DNA from: an uncultured delta proteobacterium
Lineage (GTDB): Bacteria; Desulfobacterota; Binatia; UBA9968
Direction: 5' to 3'
Length of the DNA stretch: 64,000 nt
NCBI GenBank assembly: GCA_963816145.1
Contig: CAWFJP010000030.1
Location: forward strand, 224,001 to 288,000
Every line of letters begins with the position of its first letter. The first letter of the stretch is position 1. Shown here in pieces: positions 18,358 to 27,326 of this stretch. Position numbers and translations under genes: made by a program. Under the pieces are notes generated by a model. That model saw nothing but the letters and a program-made list of their open reading frames with translations, searched no databases and had not been told where the DNA came from.

Positions 18358-19302
18358 GTGTTGCCGATGGAACTTATGGCTCAAGACTTGATTAAAATCG
18401 GTTTATTCAATCGTGACGCAGCGATCATCGCGGCTGTCGATAAAGGCTTTCTCAAGCAAGAGAACATCAACGTCGAGATCAACACAGTAACCGACTCGCC
18501 GACCCTGCTGAGAAATTTGATCAAGGGCAACTATGATTTGATCCTGAACAACGCAGACAACGTCATCGCTTGGGCTGAAGGCCAGGGCGAAGACCCTCAG
18601 AAAAACGACTTTGTGATCTTTCTCGGCGGTAGCCAGGGAGTCGATCAGAAATTGGTCGTGACCTCCGCCATCAACGATTACCAGGATCTTAAAGGCAAAG
18701 TCTTGGCCGCTGACGCGGTCACCACCGGCTATGCGGTGGTCGCCATGGCGATTTTGAAAAAGTATGGGCTCGAATGGAAGCGCGACTACACCGTGACATC
18801 TTTTGGAAATACCGGGGCGCGTGCCGATGCCATGAGTCGAGGCGACGCGGTAGCAGCCATGATGAGCATGGCCGACGCCGATATCAAAAAACGCGGCTTC
18901 AAAGTGCTAACCGAAGCCAAGGATCACGTCAAGAATTATGCCCGCGGCCTGGGCGCGACCCGGCGCGACTGGGCGAACAAAAGCGAAGACCTAGTCGTTC
19001 GCTTCAATCGCGCCATGATCCGCGCCACCGATTGGCTCCAAGACAAAAACAACAAAGATGCAGCGGTGCAAATGTTGCTCACCGAGACCAACGGCAACAA
19101 AGCCCGCGCCGAATCGATGTACGCCAACACGCTAAGCCCGACCATGGGCCTGACACCGCGCAGCCGCATCGACATGGCGGGCATCCGGACGGTCATTGAG
19201 CTGCGCGAGGTCGCCGGCTTGATGAAACCCGGTGAAACCAAAGCCGAGAAATACGTCGACGAACGCTTCTACAACAAGGCGCTGGCGACATTGGGAAAGT
19301 AG
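18358..19302 (+). CDS. ABC-type substrate-binding protein (NMT1/THI5-like); 5' end uncertain
   Basis: KGFLKQENINVE, DLKGK..AAD..TTGYA. A signal-peptide-like sequence upstream is out of frame. Confidence 0.8.
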   Translation: MLPMELMAQDLIKIGLFNRDAAIIAAVDKGFLKQENINVEINTVTDSPTLLRNLIKGNYDLILNNADNVIAWAEGQGEDPQKNDFVIFLGGSQGVDQKLVVTSAINDYQDLKGKVLAADAVTTGYAVVAMAILKKYGLEWKRDYTVTSFGNTGARADAMSRGDAVAAMMSMADADIKKRGFKVLTEAKDHVKNYARGLGATRRDWANKSEDLVVRFNRAMIRATDWLQDKNNKDAAVQMLLTETNGNKARAESMYANTLSPTMGLTPRSRIDMAGIRTVIELREVAGLMKPGETKAEKYVDERFYNKALATLGK

Positions 19303-19392
19303 CTGCTGATTCCCAAGACCCAGCCGTCTGAGTCTTGTTCCGAGTTCGGAAACCTTGAACTTTGAACGCTTGAACCTTGAACGACCATTGTG

Positions 19393-19608
19393 ATGATCGC
19401 CCGCTACCACAACGACATGTCGGTGTGCGTCCAGAAGGTGCGCATGACTTTGGCCGAGCAGCAGCTTGAGTGGCAAAGTCATCCTCTCGACCTGCGCACC
19501 GGCGATCAGCAGAAGTCTGAATATGAAATACTCAATCCCAACGCCGTTGTGCCGACGCTAGTCGACGACGGTGCGGTGATTATCCAGTTGACGGTCGTCT
19601 GCGAATAG
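19393..19608 (+). pseudogene. Truncated glutathione S-transferase (N-terminal domain only)
   Basis: SVCVQKVRMTLAE, LNPNAVVPTLVDDG, then a stop where ..ICEY is expected. Confidence 0.8.
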
Positions 19609-20160
19609 GGAGACGCGAAGCACGTGACCATTTGCAAGCGAGACTGCGCGGTACGTGACCCGATCCTTCAAGCGCGACACGGCAGACGCATCCTTCTCGC
19701 AAAACGGTCATTAACCATTTCCAGCAATCGATAACGCTCGCTGTTCTCGGCGTTTGCGATGACATGCGAAGCGACCACCACGCTGCTGGCAAATCTTTGC
19801 TCACTCCATGATTTAGGGCAGTAAAATTCCATTCGCCCAAGAACCTAAACTGTCGGCTGACGAGTTCTCCCGCAAAACTGCCGACGAGAATATTTCACGG
19901 GCGTGAAACCAATTAACTCGATGATTTAATTGGAGCGACCGTCAGATTTCCCGGCTCACCGGCAACCACTAGTAATAGTTGATTGTCTCAATATACCGCA
20001 GGATATTGGCCAATATCTTGTGCTAACAGCTAAAATAATGTTCCCGAATTTTCCTTTTACTGCCAGGAAGCTCCGACAAACACCTTGACAGCATTATAAA
20101 ATCTTTATAAACGCTGATCTTCAAGACGAATTATTTGCCAACGGCGAAAGGAGCGTCGCC

Positions 20161-20346
20161 ATGGACAATCATCAGATCTCGCAGGGAGCCGACGACGAAC
20201 AACCGCTTGCAACGAACCACCAGAGTCCAGTTCTGAGCTTTCCGGCAAATCCCAACTCGTGGTTTCGCAAGCGGTTGGACCATGTCCGCAGCGAAGCTAG
20301 AAAAGATATCCAGCTCAAGTCGATTCGACCGCTTGATGAAAAATGA
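20161..20346 (+). CDS. Small hypothetical protein (61 aa)
   Basis: SD AAAGGAG, TTGACA at 20085 and a palindrome upstream; no recognisable domain. Confidence 0.4.
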   Translation: MDNHQISQGADDEQPLATNHQSPVLSFPANPNSWFRKRLDHVRSEARKDIQLKSIRPLDEK

Positions 20347-20488
20347 TTCGGTGCCGCCGCGCCGGATCAACCCGAGCTCAAACCCCTTCTAAAAAAGTGC
20401 CGTGCCAGTGCGGTCAGGCCGCCGTTCATGCTAGCTTCCTAAAGCAGTCGTGATCGACGTCCGGAGTTATGCGAACAGGAAGAATACC

Positions 20489-21529
20489 ATGAACTTTACC
20501 GTCATATTGCTCTTTATCCTGTTTTTGATCGGCGCCTCGCCCGCGCTGCACGCAGCCAATCCCTACCTAGCCAAGCCTGGCGAGACACCAACATCGATCC
20601 GTGTCGCCACTTGCGCGATTAGCGGTGGGTTTATGCATCTGTACACGGCGATAGACAACCGGTTGTTCGAAAAGTACGGCTTGAAAGTCGAGTTCTTGCT
20701 GGTGCGTGGCGCCGGCGTTTCAATGGCGGCGTTGGCGTCCAATGAACTTCAGTTTCTCTATTGCACCGCCGACGCGATCATCCCGAGCCTCGCCGCTGGC
20801 GCCGACGCCAAGATGGTCGCGTCTCCTTTGGTTGGCCTGCCCTGGGTGATCATCGCGCGCAAAGACATCCGGCGGGTCGAAGATTTGAAGGGCAAGATTT
20901 TCATCGCCACCCGTCCCGGTGGTACGCCGGACACGCTAATCCGCGTCCTGATGAAGCGTCTTAACTTCGGCGCCAACGATCTAAGTATTCGCCACATCGG
21001 CGGCGCCGGCCAGACCGAGGTTTATAACGCGTTGCTGCAAGATCTGGGACACGCGACCATGGTCACGCCGCCGCTCGACGCGCGCGCCCGGCGCGATGGA
21101 CTCAACGTCATCTATCAACTCGACGATCTCAATCTGCCGGCGATCTACAGCAGCATCTTTACAAACAACCGCTTGCTCAAGGAACGGCCGGAAGTCGTGC
21201 AAAAATTCGTCGCCGCCATGGCCGAAGCGATTCATTTTGTCGAAAAGAACCCTGAACGTGCCAGAGCATCGGTGGGCAAAGTGCTGGCAATCAAGGACTC
21301 GGAATCGTTACAGGCCGCTTACGACGCCTATGCCAAGCAGTTGGTGAATCGGCGCGTCACCATCCCCGCGTCTCGGGTCGCCGATACCATTGAAGCGGCC
21401 CGTCAAGCCGGCGCCCAAGTGCGCCGCAAGCCCAGCGAGACCTACGACAACAACTTTGCGGAGAATTTAGAAAGAAGCGGCTTCCTCAAAGAGCTTTGGG
21501 GTAGCGAAGCACTGGGGAAGCGCTGGTAA
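20489..21529 (+). CDS. ABC-type substrate-binding protein (SsuA/NMT1-like)
   Basis: Signal peptide; LFEKYGLKVE, DLKGK, C-terminal LERSGFLKELWG. Confidence 0.85.
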   Translation: MNFTVILLFILFLIGASPALHAANPYLAKPGETPTSIRVATCAISGGFMHLYTAIDNRLFEKYGLKVEFLLVRGAGVSMAALASNELQFLYCTADAIIPSLAAGADAKMVASPLVGLPWVIIARKDIRRVEDLKGKIFIATRPGGTPDTLIRVLMKRLNFGANDLSIRHIGGAGQTEVYNALLQDLGHATMVTPPLDARARRDGLNVIYQLDDLNLPAIYSSIFTNNRLLKERPEVVQKFVAAMAEAIHFVEKNPERARASVGKVLAIKDSESLQAAYDAYAKQLVNRRVTIPASRVADTIEAARQAGAQVRRKPSETYDNNFAENLERSGFLKELWGSEALGKRW

Positions 21530-21633
21530 TACTACCGAGATTTTCGCCGACGGAATCGTTCCCCCGGCGCGAACCTGGGAACCAATCCTAGCTGAGCAGA
21601 GTTATCGTCCTAGCCCATGGAAGGAATGGAACT

Positions 21634-22203
21634 ATGACCAGACGAAATCTTTTCTTAGGCATGCTGGCAGCAGGACTTTCGACCATTTGGAAGTCACGCT
21701 CCGTCGTCACCGCCGCAGCCTCGGCAAAAAACCTCGACGGGCTGCAAAAAAATTGGCGCGCGCTGCTTGCCGACGGCGTCAAAGTGCCGCTACCCAGCGA
21801 ACCGCTGACGTTATCGAAAGACGAATGGCGCAAACGACTGACGCCCGAACAGTTCTACATTCTCCGCGAGGAAGGTACCGAGCGACCGGGATCGAGCCCG
21901 CTCAACGACGAGAAACGACCCGGCATCTTCGCCTGTGCTGGCTGCGGCCTGCCGCTATTTACCTCGGAGATGAAATACGAGAGCGGCACCGGTTGGCCAA
22001 GCTTCTTCACCACTATCCCCGGCGCCTTCGGCAAGACCACCGATTACAAGCTGATCCTGCCGCGCACCGAATACCACTGCATCCGTTGCGGCGGCCACCA
22101 TGGCCATGTTTTTGACGACGGCCCGAAACCGACAGGGCAGCGCTGGTGCAACAACGGCGTCGCCTTGAAGTTCATCGCTAAGAGCGCCAAAGCGGCGACC
22201 TAG
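21634..22203 (+). CDS. msrB: Peptide-methionine (R)-S-oxide reductase with Tat-like signal
   Basis: TRRNLF; GTERPG, CAGC, KYESGTGWPSF, C..CGGHHGHVFDDGP.PTGQRWCNNG. Confidence 0.93.
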   Translation: MTRRNLFLGMLAAGLSTIWKSRSVVTAAASAKNLDGLQKNWRALLADGVKVPLPSEPLTLSKDEWRKRLTPEQFYILREEGTERPGSSPLNDEKRPGIFACAGCGLPLFTSEMKYESGTGWPSFFTTIPGAFGKTTDYKLILPRTEYHCIRCGGHHGHVFDDGPKPTGQRWCNNGVALKFIAKSAKAAT

Positions 22204-22222
22204 CAAAGCGAACCGGATCTCG

Positions 22223-22434
22223 CCACGAAGGACACGAAGAGCACGAAGTTCGGAAGAAGAACTTTCCGAGACCTTCGTGTCCTTCGTGCCTTCGAGGCTG
22301 TGTCGTAATGCGCGAACGCCCCACATCTGTCATCCCGAGCGCAGCGAGGGATCTCGTGTTTTCAGCCACATACGAAGAAGATATTTCTCGGCTTCACCTC
22401 GAAATGACAGTTGCGACACAGTCTGTTCGTGGTG
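22223..22434. repeat. CACGAAG(GA/AG)CACGAAG / CTTCGTG palindromic element interrupted by a MITE
   Basis: ccacgaaggacacgaagagcacgaag ... cttcgtgtccttcgtgccttc[insert]gtggtg; relatives at 1068-1126, 23741-23808 and 60576-60655. Confidence 0.75.
22294..22425. mobile_element. MITE of about 130 bp with 14-bp TIRs and an apparent TTC target duplication
   Basis: AGGCTGTGTCGTAA (22295-22308) versus the reverse complement of TTGCGACACAGTCT (22411-22424); TTC on both sides; an internal GTCAT..CGAGCG.AGCGAG..ATCT palindrome. Confidence 0.7.
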
Positions 22435-22526
22435 GAAGGCATTCTCCCAAGGTTTCTAACAACGCTTTCGCGCCAAGCCTCAATATGCTAACTGACCTGA
22501 CAGCAGGCTAGTTTTGGAGGCGCCGA

Positions 22527-23480
22527 ATGTCTTTAGTCAAACTTCTCATCCCTCTCGTGCTCTTCGCACTGCTAATCGGCCAGCCCTTCTTGAGCCGCGC
22601 CGAAGTGGTCTACGTCGGCATCTCCACCCCCGGACTCTACGAGATTCCCACCGAGATCGCCCAGCGCAAAGGATTCTACCGGGATGAAAATCTCGATGTC
22701 CGCAAAGTGGTCATCCGCACCAACCTGCAAGTCCCGGCGCTGATCGCCGGCGAACTCGATTACTCCACGGTCAGCGGCCTGATCGCGCGCGCTTCGATTC
22801 AAAACCTGCCGGTCAAAGGCGTCATGGGCTGGTTCGACCGGCCGCTGCATATCTTGATCGCCAAACCGAACTTCAAACGGCTCACCGATTTCAAAGGCAA
22901 GAGAATCGGTGTGAGCGGATTGGGTTCAGCGCCGCATATTATTTTGCGCGAAGCCCTCGCCCAAGCGGGAATGAATCCGGACCGCGATGTCACCACCATC
23001 ACCATCGGCGGTTCGGGCGATCGGTTGGCGGCACTGATCGCTGGAACAGTGGATGGCACACCACTCGATGTTGCCTATGTCGAGAAAGCCGAAAAGCTCG
23101 GCCTGGTTCCGGTGATCTACTTTGGCGATGTCGTGCACACGCGGCTTGGCGGATTCGGCGTTTCCATTGAGAAGATTCGCAAAAACCCAGGGCAGATCAC
23201 CCGCATGATCCGCGCCACGCTCAAAGGCGTGCGCTTCATCCGCGACAATAAACCGGAAACGCTGGCGATCATGCGCGATTATCTGCACGTCAGCGCCGAA
23301 GCCGCGGTGAAAGTCCATGACTTCGCCATGCGATCCCTCAACACCGACGGCCTCGTCGCCAAGAACACCATGGACACGGAAATCCGCCTGGCCAAGGAAC
23401 AGCTCAAACTCACCGAAGATATCCCGGAAGATAAACTGATGGACTGGCGCTTTCTCAAAGAAGTCCTCGGCCAGAAGTGA
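22527..23480 (+). CDS. ABC-type substrate-binding protein (SsuA/NMT1-like)
   Basis: Signal peptide; KGFYRDENLDV, FKGKRIGVS; SD GGAGG. Confidence 0.87.
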   Translation: MSLVKLLIPLVLFALLIGQPFLSRAEVVYVGISTPGLYEIPTEIAQRKGFYRDENLDVRKVVIRTNLQVPALIAGELDYSTVSGLIARASIQNLPVKGVMGWFDRPLHILIAKPNFKRLTDFKGKRIGVSGLGSAPHIILREALAQAGMNPDRDVTTITIGGSGDRLAALIAGTVDGTPLDVAYVEKAEKLGLVPVIYFGDVVHTRLGGFGVSIEKIRKNPGQITRMIRATLKGVRFIRDNKPETLAIMRDYLHVSAEAAVKVHDFAMRSLNTDGLVAKNTMDTEIRLAKEQLKLTEDIPEDKLMDWRFLKEVLGQK

Positions 23481-23515
23481 TAACGTCAGCAACTGCCCCC
23501 TCAAGATATTTTGCT

Positions 23516-23808
23516 TTCACCACGAAGTATCCATGGGCTTACACTCGTCTACAGGTTATGGAATTAGCGGGACTTCCCTACCACAGGCTTCTCTTTTCGA
23601 TTTGTCATTCCCGCGCAGGCAGGAATCCAGGTTTGTTCTCCGCCCAATTAGCCTGGATAGCCGCTTTCGCGGGTATGACGGAATCTAGGAGATCTCTTCT
23701 TTTCACAGAACATCCCCCCCATAGGTATTTTCGAAGGACGCACGAAGGACATGAAGGGTTCGGAGAGTTTTAGTTCTAACCTTCTTGCTCTTCGTGTTGT
23801 TCGAGGTG
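23516..23808. repeat. Composite intergenic repeat copy 2
   Basis: Collinear with 845-1126; palindrome at 23604-23679. Confidence 0.8.
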
Positions 23809-23877
23809 ATTAAAAATTGCTCAGCCAACGGCAGAAGGCTGATTGCATCTCTCAAAACCCCAGATTATAACCCGTCT

Positions 23878-24888
23878 ATGTTTCTGCTCCAGCTCCTGCT
23901 CGTGTTGATTCTTTTCATCGCCACTAGCACCACCTATGTTTCGGCCCTCGAACGCCACATTCATGCCGGCGCGGGCGGTAGCAGTCCACAGGAGTTGCCG
24001 CTGTTTGTCGCCAAGGATCTGGGCATCTTCGAAAAGTACGGCCTCGATGTCGATCTCGTGGTGATCAGCGGCGGTTCGCGCTTGATGCAAGCGCTGGTCG
24101 GCCGCAGTCTGGACTCGGCCAATGTCGCGGCAATGGCGCCGATCCGCGCCAATCTCGCCGGCGCGAACGTCGTCATCACCGGCGCCTTTCTCAATCGCAA
24201 TCTCTATAAATTCGTCACGCGCAAGGAAATCCAAAAACCGGCCGACCTGCGCGGCAAGAAACTCGGCGTGGTCAATTTCGGCGGCGCCAACGAGTTCAGC
24301 ATTCTGATGGCGCTCAAATCCTGGGGACTACCGCCCGAGTCGGTGAAAATCGTTCCCGCCGGCGACAGCATGACGCGCCTCACAGCGCTAGAAATCGCCG
24401 GCGGCATCGACGGTACCGTGGTGCCCTATAGCAACGCCGTCATCGCGCAGCAACGGGGTCACAACATCCTCGCCGATCTCGGCGAGATCGTGAAGGAGTT
24501 CCCCGACCGCGCGTTTATCACCGAGCGGACGTTCCTGGACAGAAAGCGCGATAACGCCAAACGGTTTTTCCAGGGCATCAGCGAAGCGCTCTATCGATTG
24601 CGCTACCAACCTCAGCTCAAAGACAAAATCGTCGCGATCACGGCGAAGCGCTTACGCATCAACAGCAAACTCGCCGAGGAAGCCTACGACGGCTATTACA
24701 ACGTATTTTCATTCCCGCCGCGGGTTGGCCAGCGCGGCGTTCAGGACGTGATTGAAATCATCCAACGCGAGCCGGGACGGGCTAAAATCGATACGGACTT
24801 GAACCGCTTCGTCGACGAGAGCATCTTGGACCAGCTCGACCGCGAAGGTTTTTTTAAAAAACTCGAAAGCGAATTTCTCCGCAAATAA
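23878..24888 (+). CDS. ABC-type substrate-binding protein (SsuA/NMT1-like)
   Basis: Signal peptide from MFLLQ; GIFEKYGLDV, DLRGKKLGV, LDREGFF. Confidence 0.85.
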   Translation: MFLLQLLLVLILFIATSTTYVSALERHIHAGAGGSSPQELPLFVAKDLGIFEKYGLDVDLVVISGGSRLMQALVGRSLDSANVAAMAPIRANLAGANVVITGAFLNRNLYKFVTRKEIQKPADLRGKKLGVVNFGGANEFSILMALKSWGLPPESVKIVPAGDSMTRLTALEIAGGIDGTVVPYSNAVIAQQRGHNILADLGEIVKEFPDRAFITERTFLDRKRDNAKRFFQGISEALYRLRYQPQLKDKIVAITAKRLRINSKLAEEAYDGYYNVFSFPPRVGQRGVQDVIEIIQREPGRAKIDTDLNRFVDESILDQLDREGFFKKLESEFLRK

Positions 24889-24916
24889 AAACATCTCAAT
24901 TCAGGAGGCCAGCATC

Positions 24917-25795
24917 ATGCCATCGAGAATCAAACATGTCGCCATCATGAGTCAGAACGCGCCGCGGATGTTTAAGTTTTATGAATGCTTGTTCGATCTC
25001 CGTAAAGCGGCGTCGGAAGCGACACCATCCTTGGAAACCGAGCAGGGTCGTTCCTTCGGCTATCCAATCTTGGCTTCCAAACGTGTCGCCGCACCGTTCG
25101 ACCGCACGGTGATCGCCAGCGACGGCAACATCGGCGTGGCGTTTAACCGGCGCCGCCCCGGCTACAAAGGCGGGCTGGATCATTTCGGCATTCAGGTCGA
25201 CGAACTCGAGGCGACCTTCGATCGCATCAAAAACAAATATCCCGAAGTCGGCGTCGTCAAGCGGCCGTCCAATCGTCCCTTCGCCGACTACAGCACCCAC
25301 GATCCAGAAGGAAATATTTTCGATCTAATGCAGCCCGGCAAGACCAACGTCAAAGGCGTCTGGCTTGACGGCGAGCGCAAGCAAGAGCGTTGGATCGAAC
25401 ATATCACCATGCGCTCACTGCATCCGGAAAAGCTCGCGCAATTCTACGTCGACATTTATCAGTTCGAATACCAGGACAAGGCGCTGGAAGATCCGAATTT
25501 TTATCTCACCGACGGCAAGGTAAATTTGGTCTTCGCACCGTGGAAGATTCAAGACTACCTGGGCACCGAGCACAAAGGCCCCGGCCTCGACCACATCGGT
25601 TTCCACGTCGAGAACGTCGCGGCTTTGAAGAACGATCTGGAGATTCTCTCGAAAGCCGATCCCGAATGGCTGGCTCCGAAGTCGCCGAATTTGGCATCCG
25701 AATACGCCGTCGTGCTGGGATTGCTTCAGTCCTGTCGCTACGGCGAACATCAGCTTTGCGATCCGGAAGGCAACCTCATGGATGTATCGCATTAG
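24917..25795 (+). CDS. VOC family (glyoxalase / extradiol dioxygenase-like) two-domain protein
   Basis: IKHVAI, GLDHFG, DPEGN repeated in two halves; SD AGGAGG. Confidence 0.85.
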   Translation: MPSRIKHVAIMSQNAPRMFKFYECLFDLRKAASEATPSLETEQGRSFGYPILASKRVAAPFDRTVIASDGNIGVAFNRRRPGYKGGLDHFGIQVDELEATFDRIKNKYPEVGVVKRPSNRPFADYSTHDPEGNIFDLMQPGKTNVKGVWLDGERKQERWIEHITMRSLHPEKLAQFYVDIYQFEYQDKALEDPNFYLTDGKVNLVFAPWKIQDYLGTEHKGPGLDHIGFHVENVAALKNDLEILSKADPEWLAPKSPNLASEYAVVLGLLQSCRYGEHQLCDPEGNLMDVSH

Positions 25796-25950
25796 CCGAC
25801 CTGCGGAGTCGGACAGCGAAGTGCCGATGGCGATGCCGGGAAACCGATCGACGCACTTTACTAAAGAACCTGTCGCCAGCGAAGCAGGTGATAGCACCCA
25901 CGCGGTTGGCGTTCTACTTCAGCCAAGACTGTGCAAGAAGCCGGAAGTTT

Positions 25951-26303
25951 TTAGGTGATTTGCGGAAAAATCATCGATGAACCTGCCGAGCGCGCGCCTT
26001 TCGCGGGGGAAATCTCTTTTGCGTCGATATAACTCAATTGGCCCTGAATCGGGTCTTGGCGGACAAGCCTACTTGCGACCTTTTCATGGATGCCACCGAC
26101 CGCTCGTAGCACACCGTTCCCAAGATAAAGCTTCACGTCACCGTCCCGAAGCTCTGCGGCCTCGCCTTTACCTGTAGAAGCGCCGGCTGGAGTTGTAACT
26201 CCCGCAACTAGATCGTGATCGAAAATGACTTCTGTCTGGACTTGGGTACGCCGCCGGAGTCGAGAGCCTCTCGCGCCGCAAGTTTTTCACTTTTCATTGT
26301 CAT
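25951..26303 (-). pseudogene. eno: Frameshifted, truncated enolase N-terminal remnant
   Basis: MTMKSEKLAAREALDSGGVP, 1-nt frameshift, then VQTEVIFDHDLVAGVTTPAGASTGKGEAAELRDGDVKLYLGNGVLRAV. Matches enolase AREILDSRGNPTVE and PSGASTG..EA.ELRDGD..Y.GKGV..AV. Confidence 0.82.
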
Positions 26304-26431
26304 TAACTCCGGTTCCTTTCAGGTAAAGAGGGGCTCAGAAACTATTTCTTCGAGGGGAAATTCTGTTTCACTGACGTTTACCAATGCCCTAGAATCAGCA
26401 TCCTGTTTCCGACTTGATAAGATCCGGGTCC

Positions 26432-26770
26432 TTAGTGTTTCCCGCTTCGGTAAAAAAGTATCTGAACCTTCTCGACAGTGGCCATCCCGTCCAAGATCGC
26501 GCCGTCGATGATGGGAAGGAAAGCATCGATCTTTTCGAGAGTATCGACAATTTCAACCACGATCGGAAGATCGGTCGACAGATCGAGGATTTTAGCCGTA
26601 CGCACGCGACTCCGCGCCCCAAAGCCTTCTACTCCGCGCAATACCGTGGCTCCCGCCAAGCCATTCTCCCTTGCCGTCCGAACGATCCATTCGTACAACA
26701 GCATGCCGGCATGTCGATCGCTTTCGCCGATAAATATTCGCAGCAGAGAACCTTCACTCGGAAGTGTCAT
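26432..26770 (-). CDS. DUF190 (PII-like) protein
   Basis: LLRIFIGESD, GLAGATVLRGVEGFG, LSTDLPIVVEIVD; the usual crcB partner. Confidence 0.9.
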   Translation of the reverse strand: MTLPSEGSLLRIFIGESDRHAGMLLYEWIVRTARENGLAGATVLRGVEGFGARSRVRTAKILDLSTDLPIVVEIVDTLEKIDAFLPIIDGAILDGMATVEKVQILFYRSGKH

Positions 26771-26772
26771 GG

Positions 26773-27156
26773 TCAACCTCCTATGACATGGGCTATTATA
26801 TTACCGACCCACACCGCCGCTAGGCCGAGCACCAACTGGAGACCGATATTGAGCAACGCAGCGGCACTTTGAGTGTCGCGGGCCAAGGAGAACGTTTCGA
26901 GCGCAAAAGACGAAAACGTGGTAAAGCCGCCGAGGATTCCAACAAAGATAAATAGACGGGCTTCCGACGTGAAAGCCAACCGACTCTCCGCCAGGCCCGC
27001 CAAAAATCCGATCACCAGGCAGCCCAACCCATTGACTGCGAGCGTACCATATGGGAACCACGGATTATCGAGCACCCGATAAACCCAAGTGCTGAGACTG
27101 TAACGCAGGACTCCGCCGATTAGACTGCCCACGCCGACTATAACAATTGGCAACAT
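26773..27156 (-). CDS. crcB: Fluoride efflux channel Fluc/CrcB
   Basis: GGVLRY, FPYGTLAVN, GILGGFTTFSSF; SD GGGAGG. Confidence 0.95.
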   Translation of the reverse strand: MLPIVIVGVGSLIGGVLRYSLSTWVYRVLDNPWFPYGTLAVNGLGCLVIGFLAGLAESRLAFTSEARLFIFVGILGGFTTFSSFALETFSLARDTQSAAALLNIGLQLVLGLAAVWVGNIIAHVIGG

Positions 27157-27182
27157 AGTCCTCCCGATCTCACCGTGAAAAT

Positions 27183-27219
27183 AAAAAACCCCTACTTCAA
27201 TTCACTCGAAGTAGGGGTT
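27183..27219 (-). terminator. Intrinsic terminator (riboswitch expression platform)
   Basis: Minus strand AACCCCTACTTC-loop-GAAGTAGGGGTT followed by a T run; overlaps the 3' strand of the aptamer. Confidence 0.85.
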
Positions 27220-27266
27220 ATCAACTCGCAGTCGCGAATGGTTTAACTGGCGAACCCCATCGCCGT
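27211..27266 (-). ncRNA. Fluoride (crcB) riboswitch
   Basis: Minus strand GGCGATGGGGTTCGCC-AGTTAAACC...GTTGATAACCCCTAC matches the crcB motif consensus and lies directly upstream of crcB. Confidence 0.92.
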
Positions 27267-27326
27267 TGTTTTTTTTTATTATGAGTATAAAGCTGGCGCC
27301 GAGTCAAGCTAGGCGCCGCTCACCAA

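Noticed and set aside
22223-22434. CRISPR array in the CACGAAG or TTGAAC repeats
   Set aside because: Units are 7-9 nt and arranged as inverted arms, with no regular unique spacers and no cas genes.
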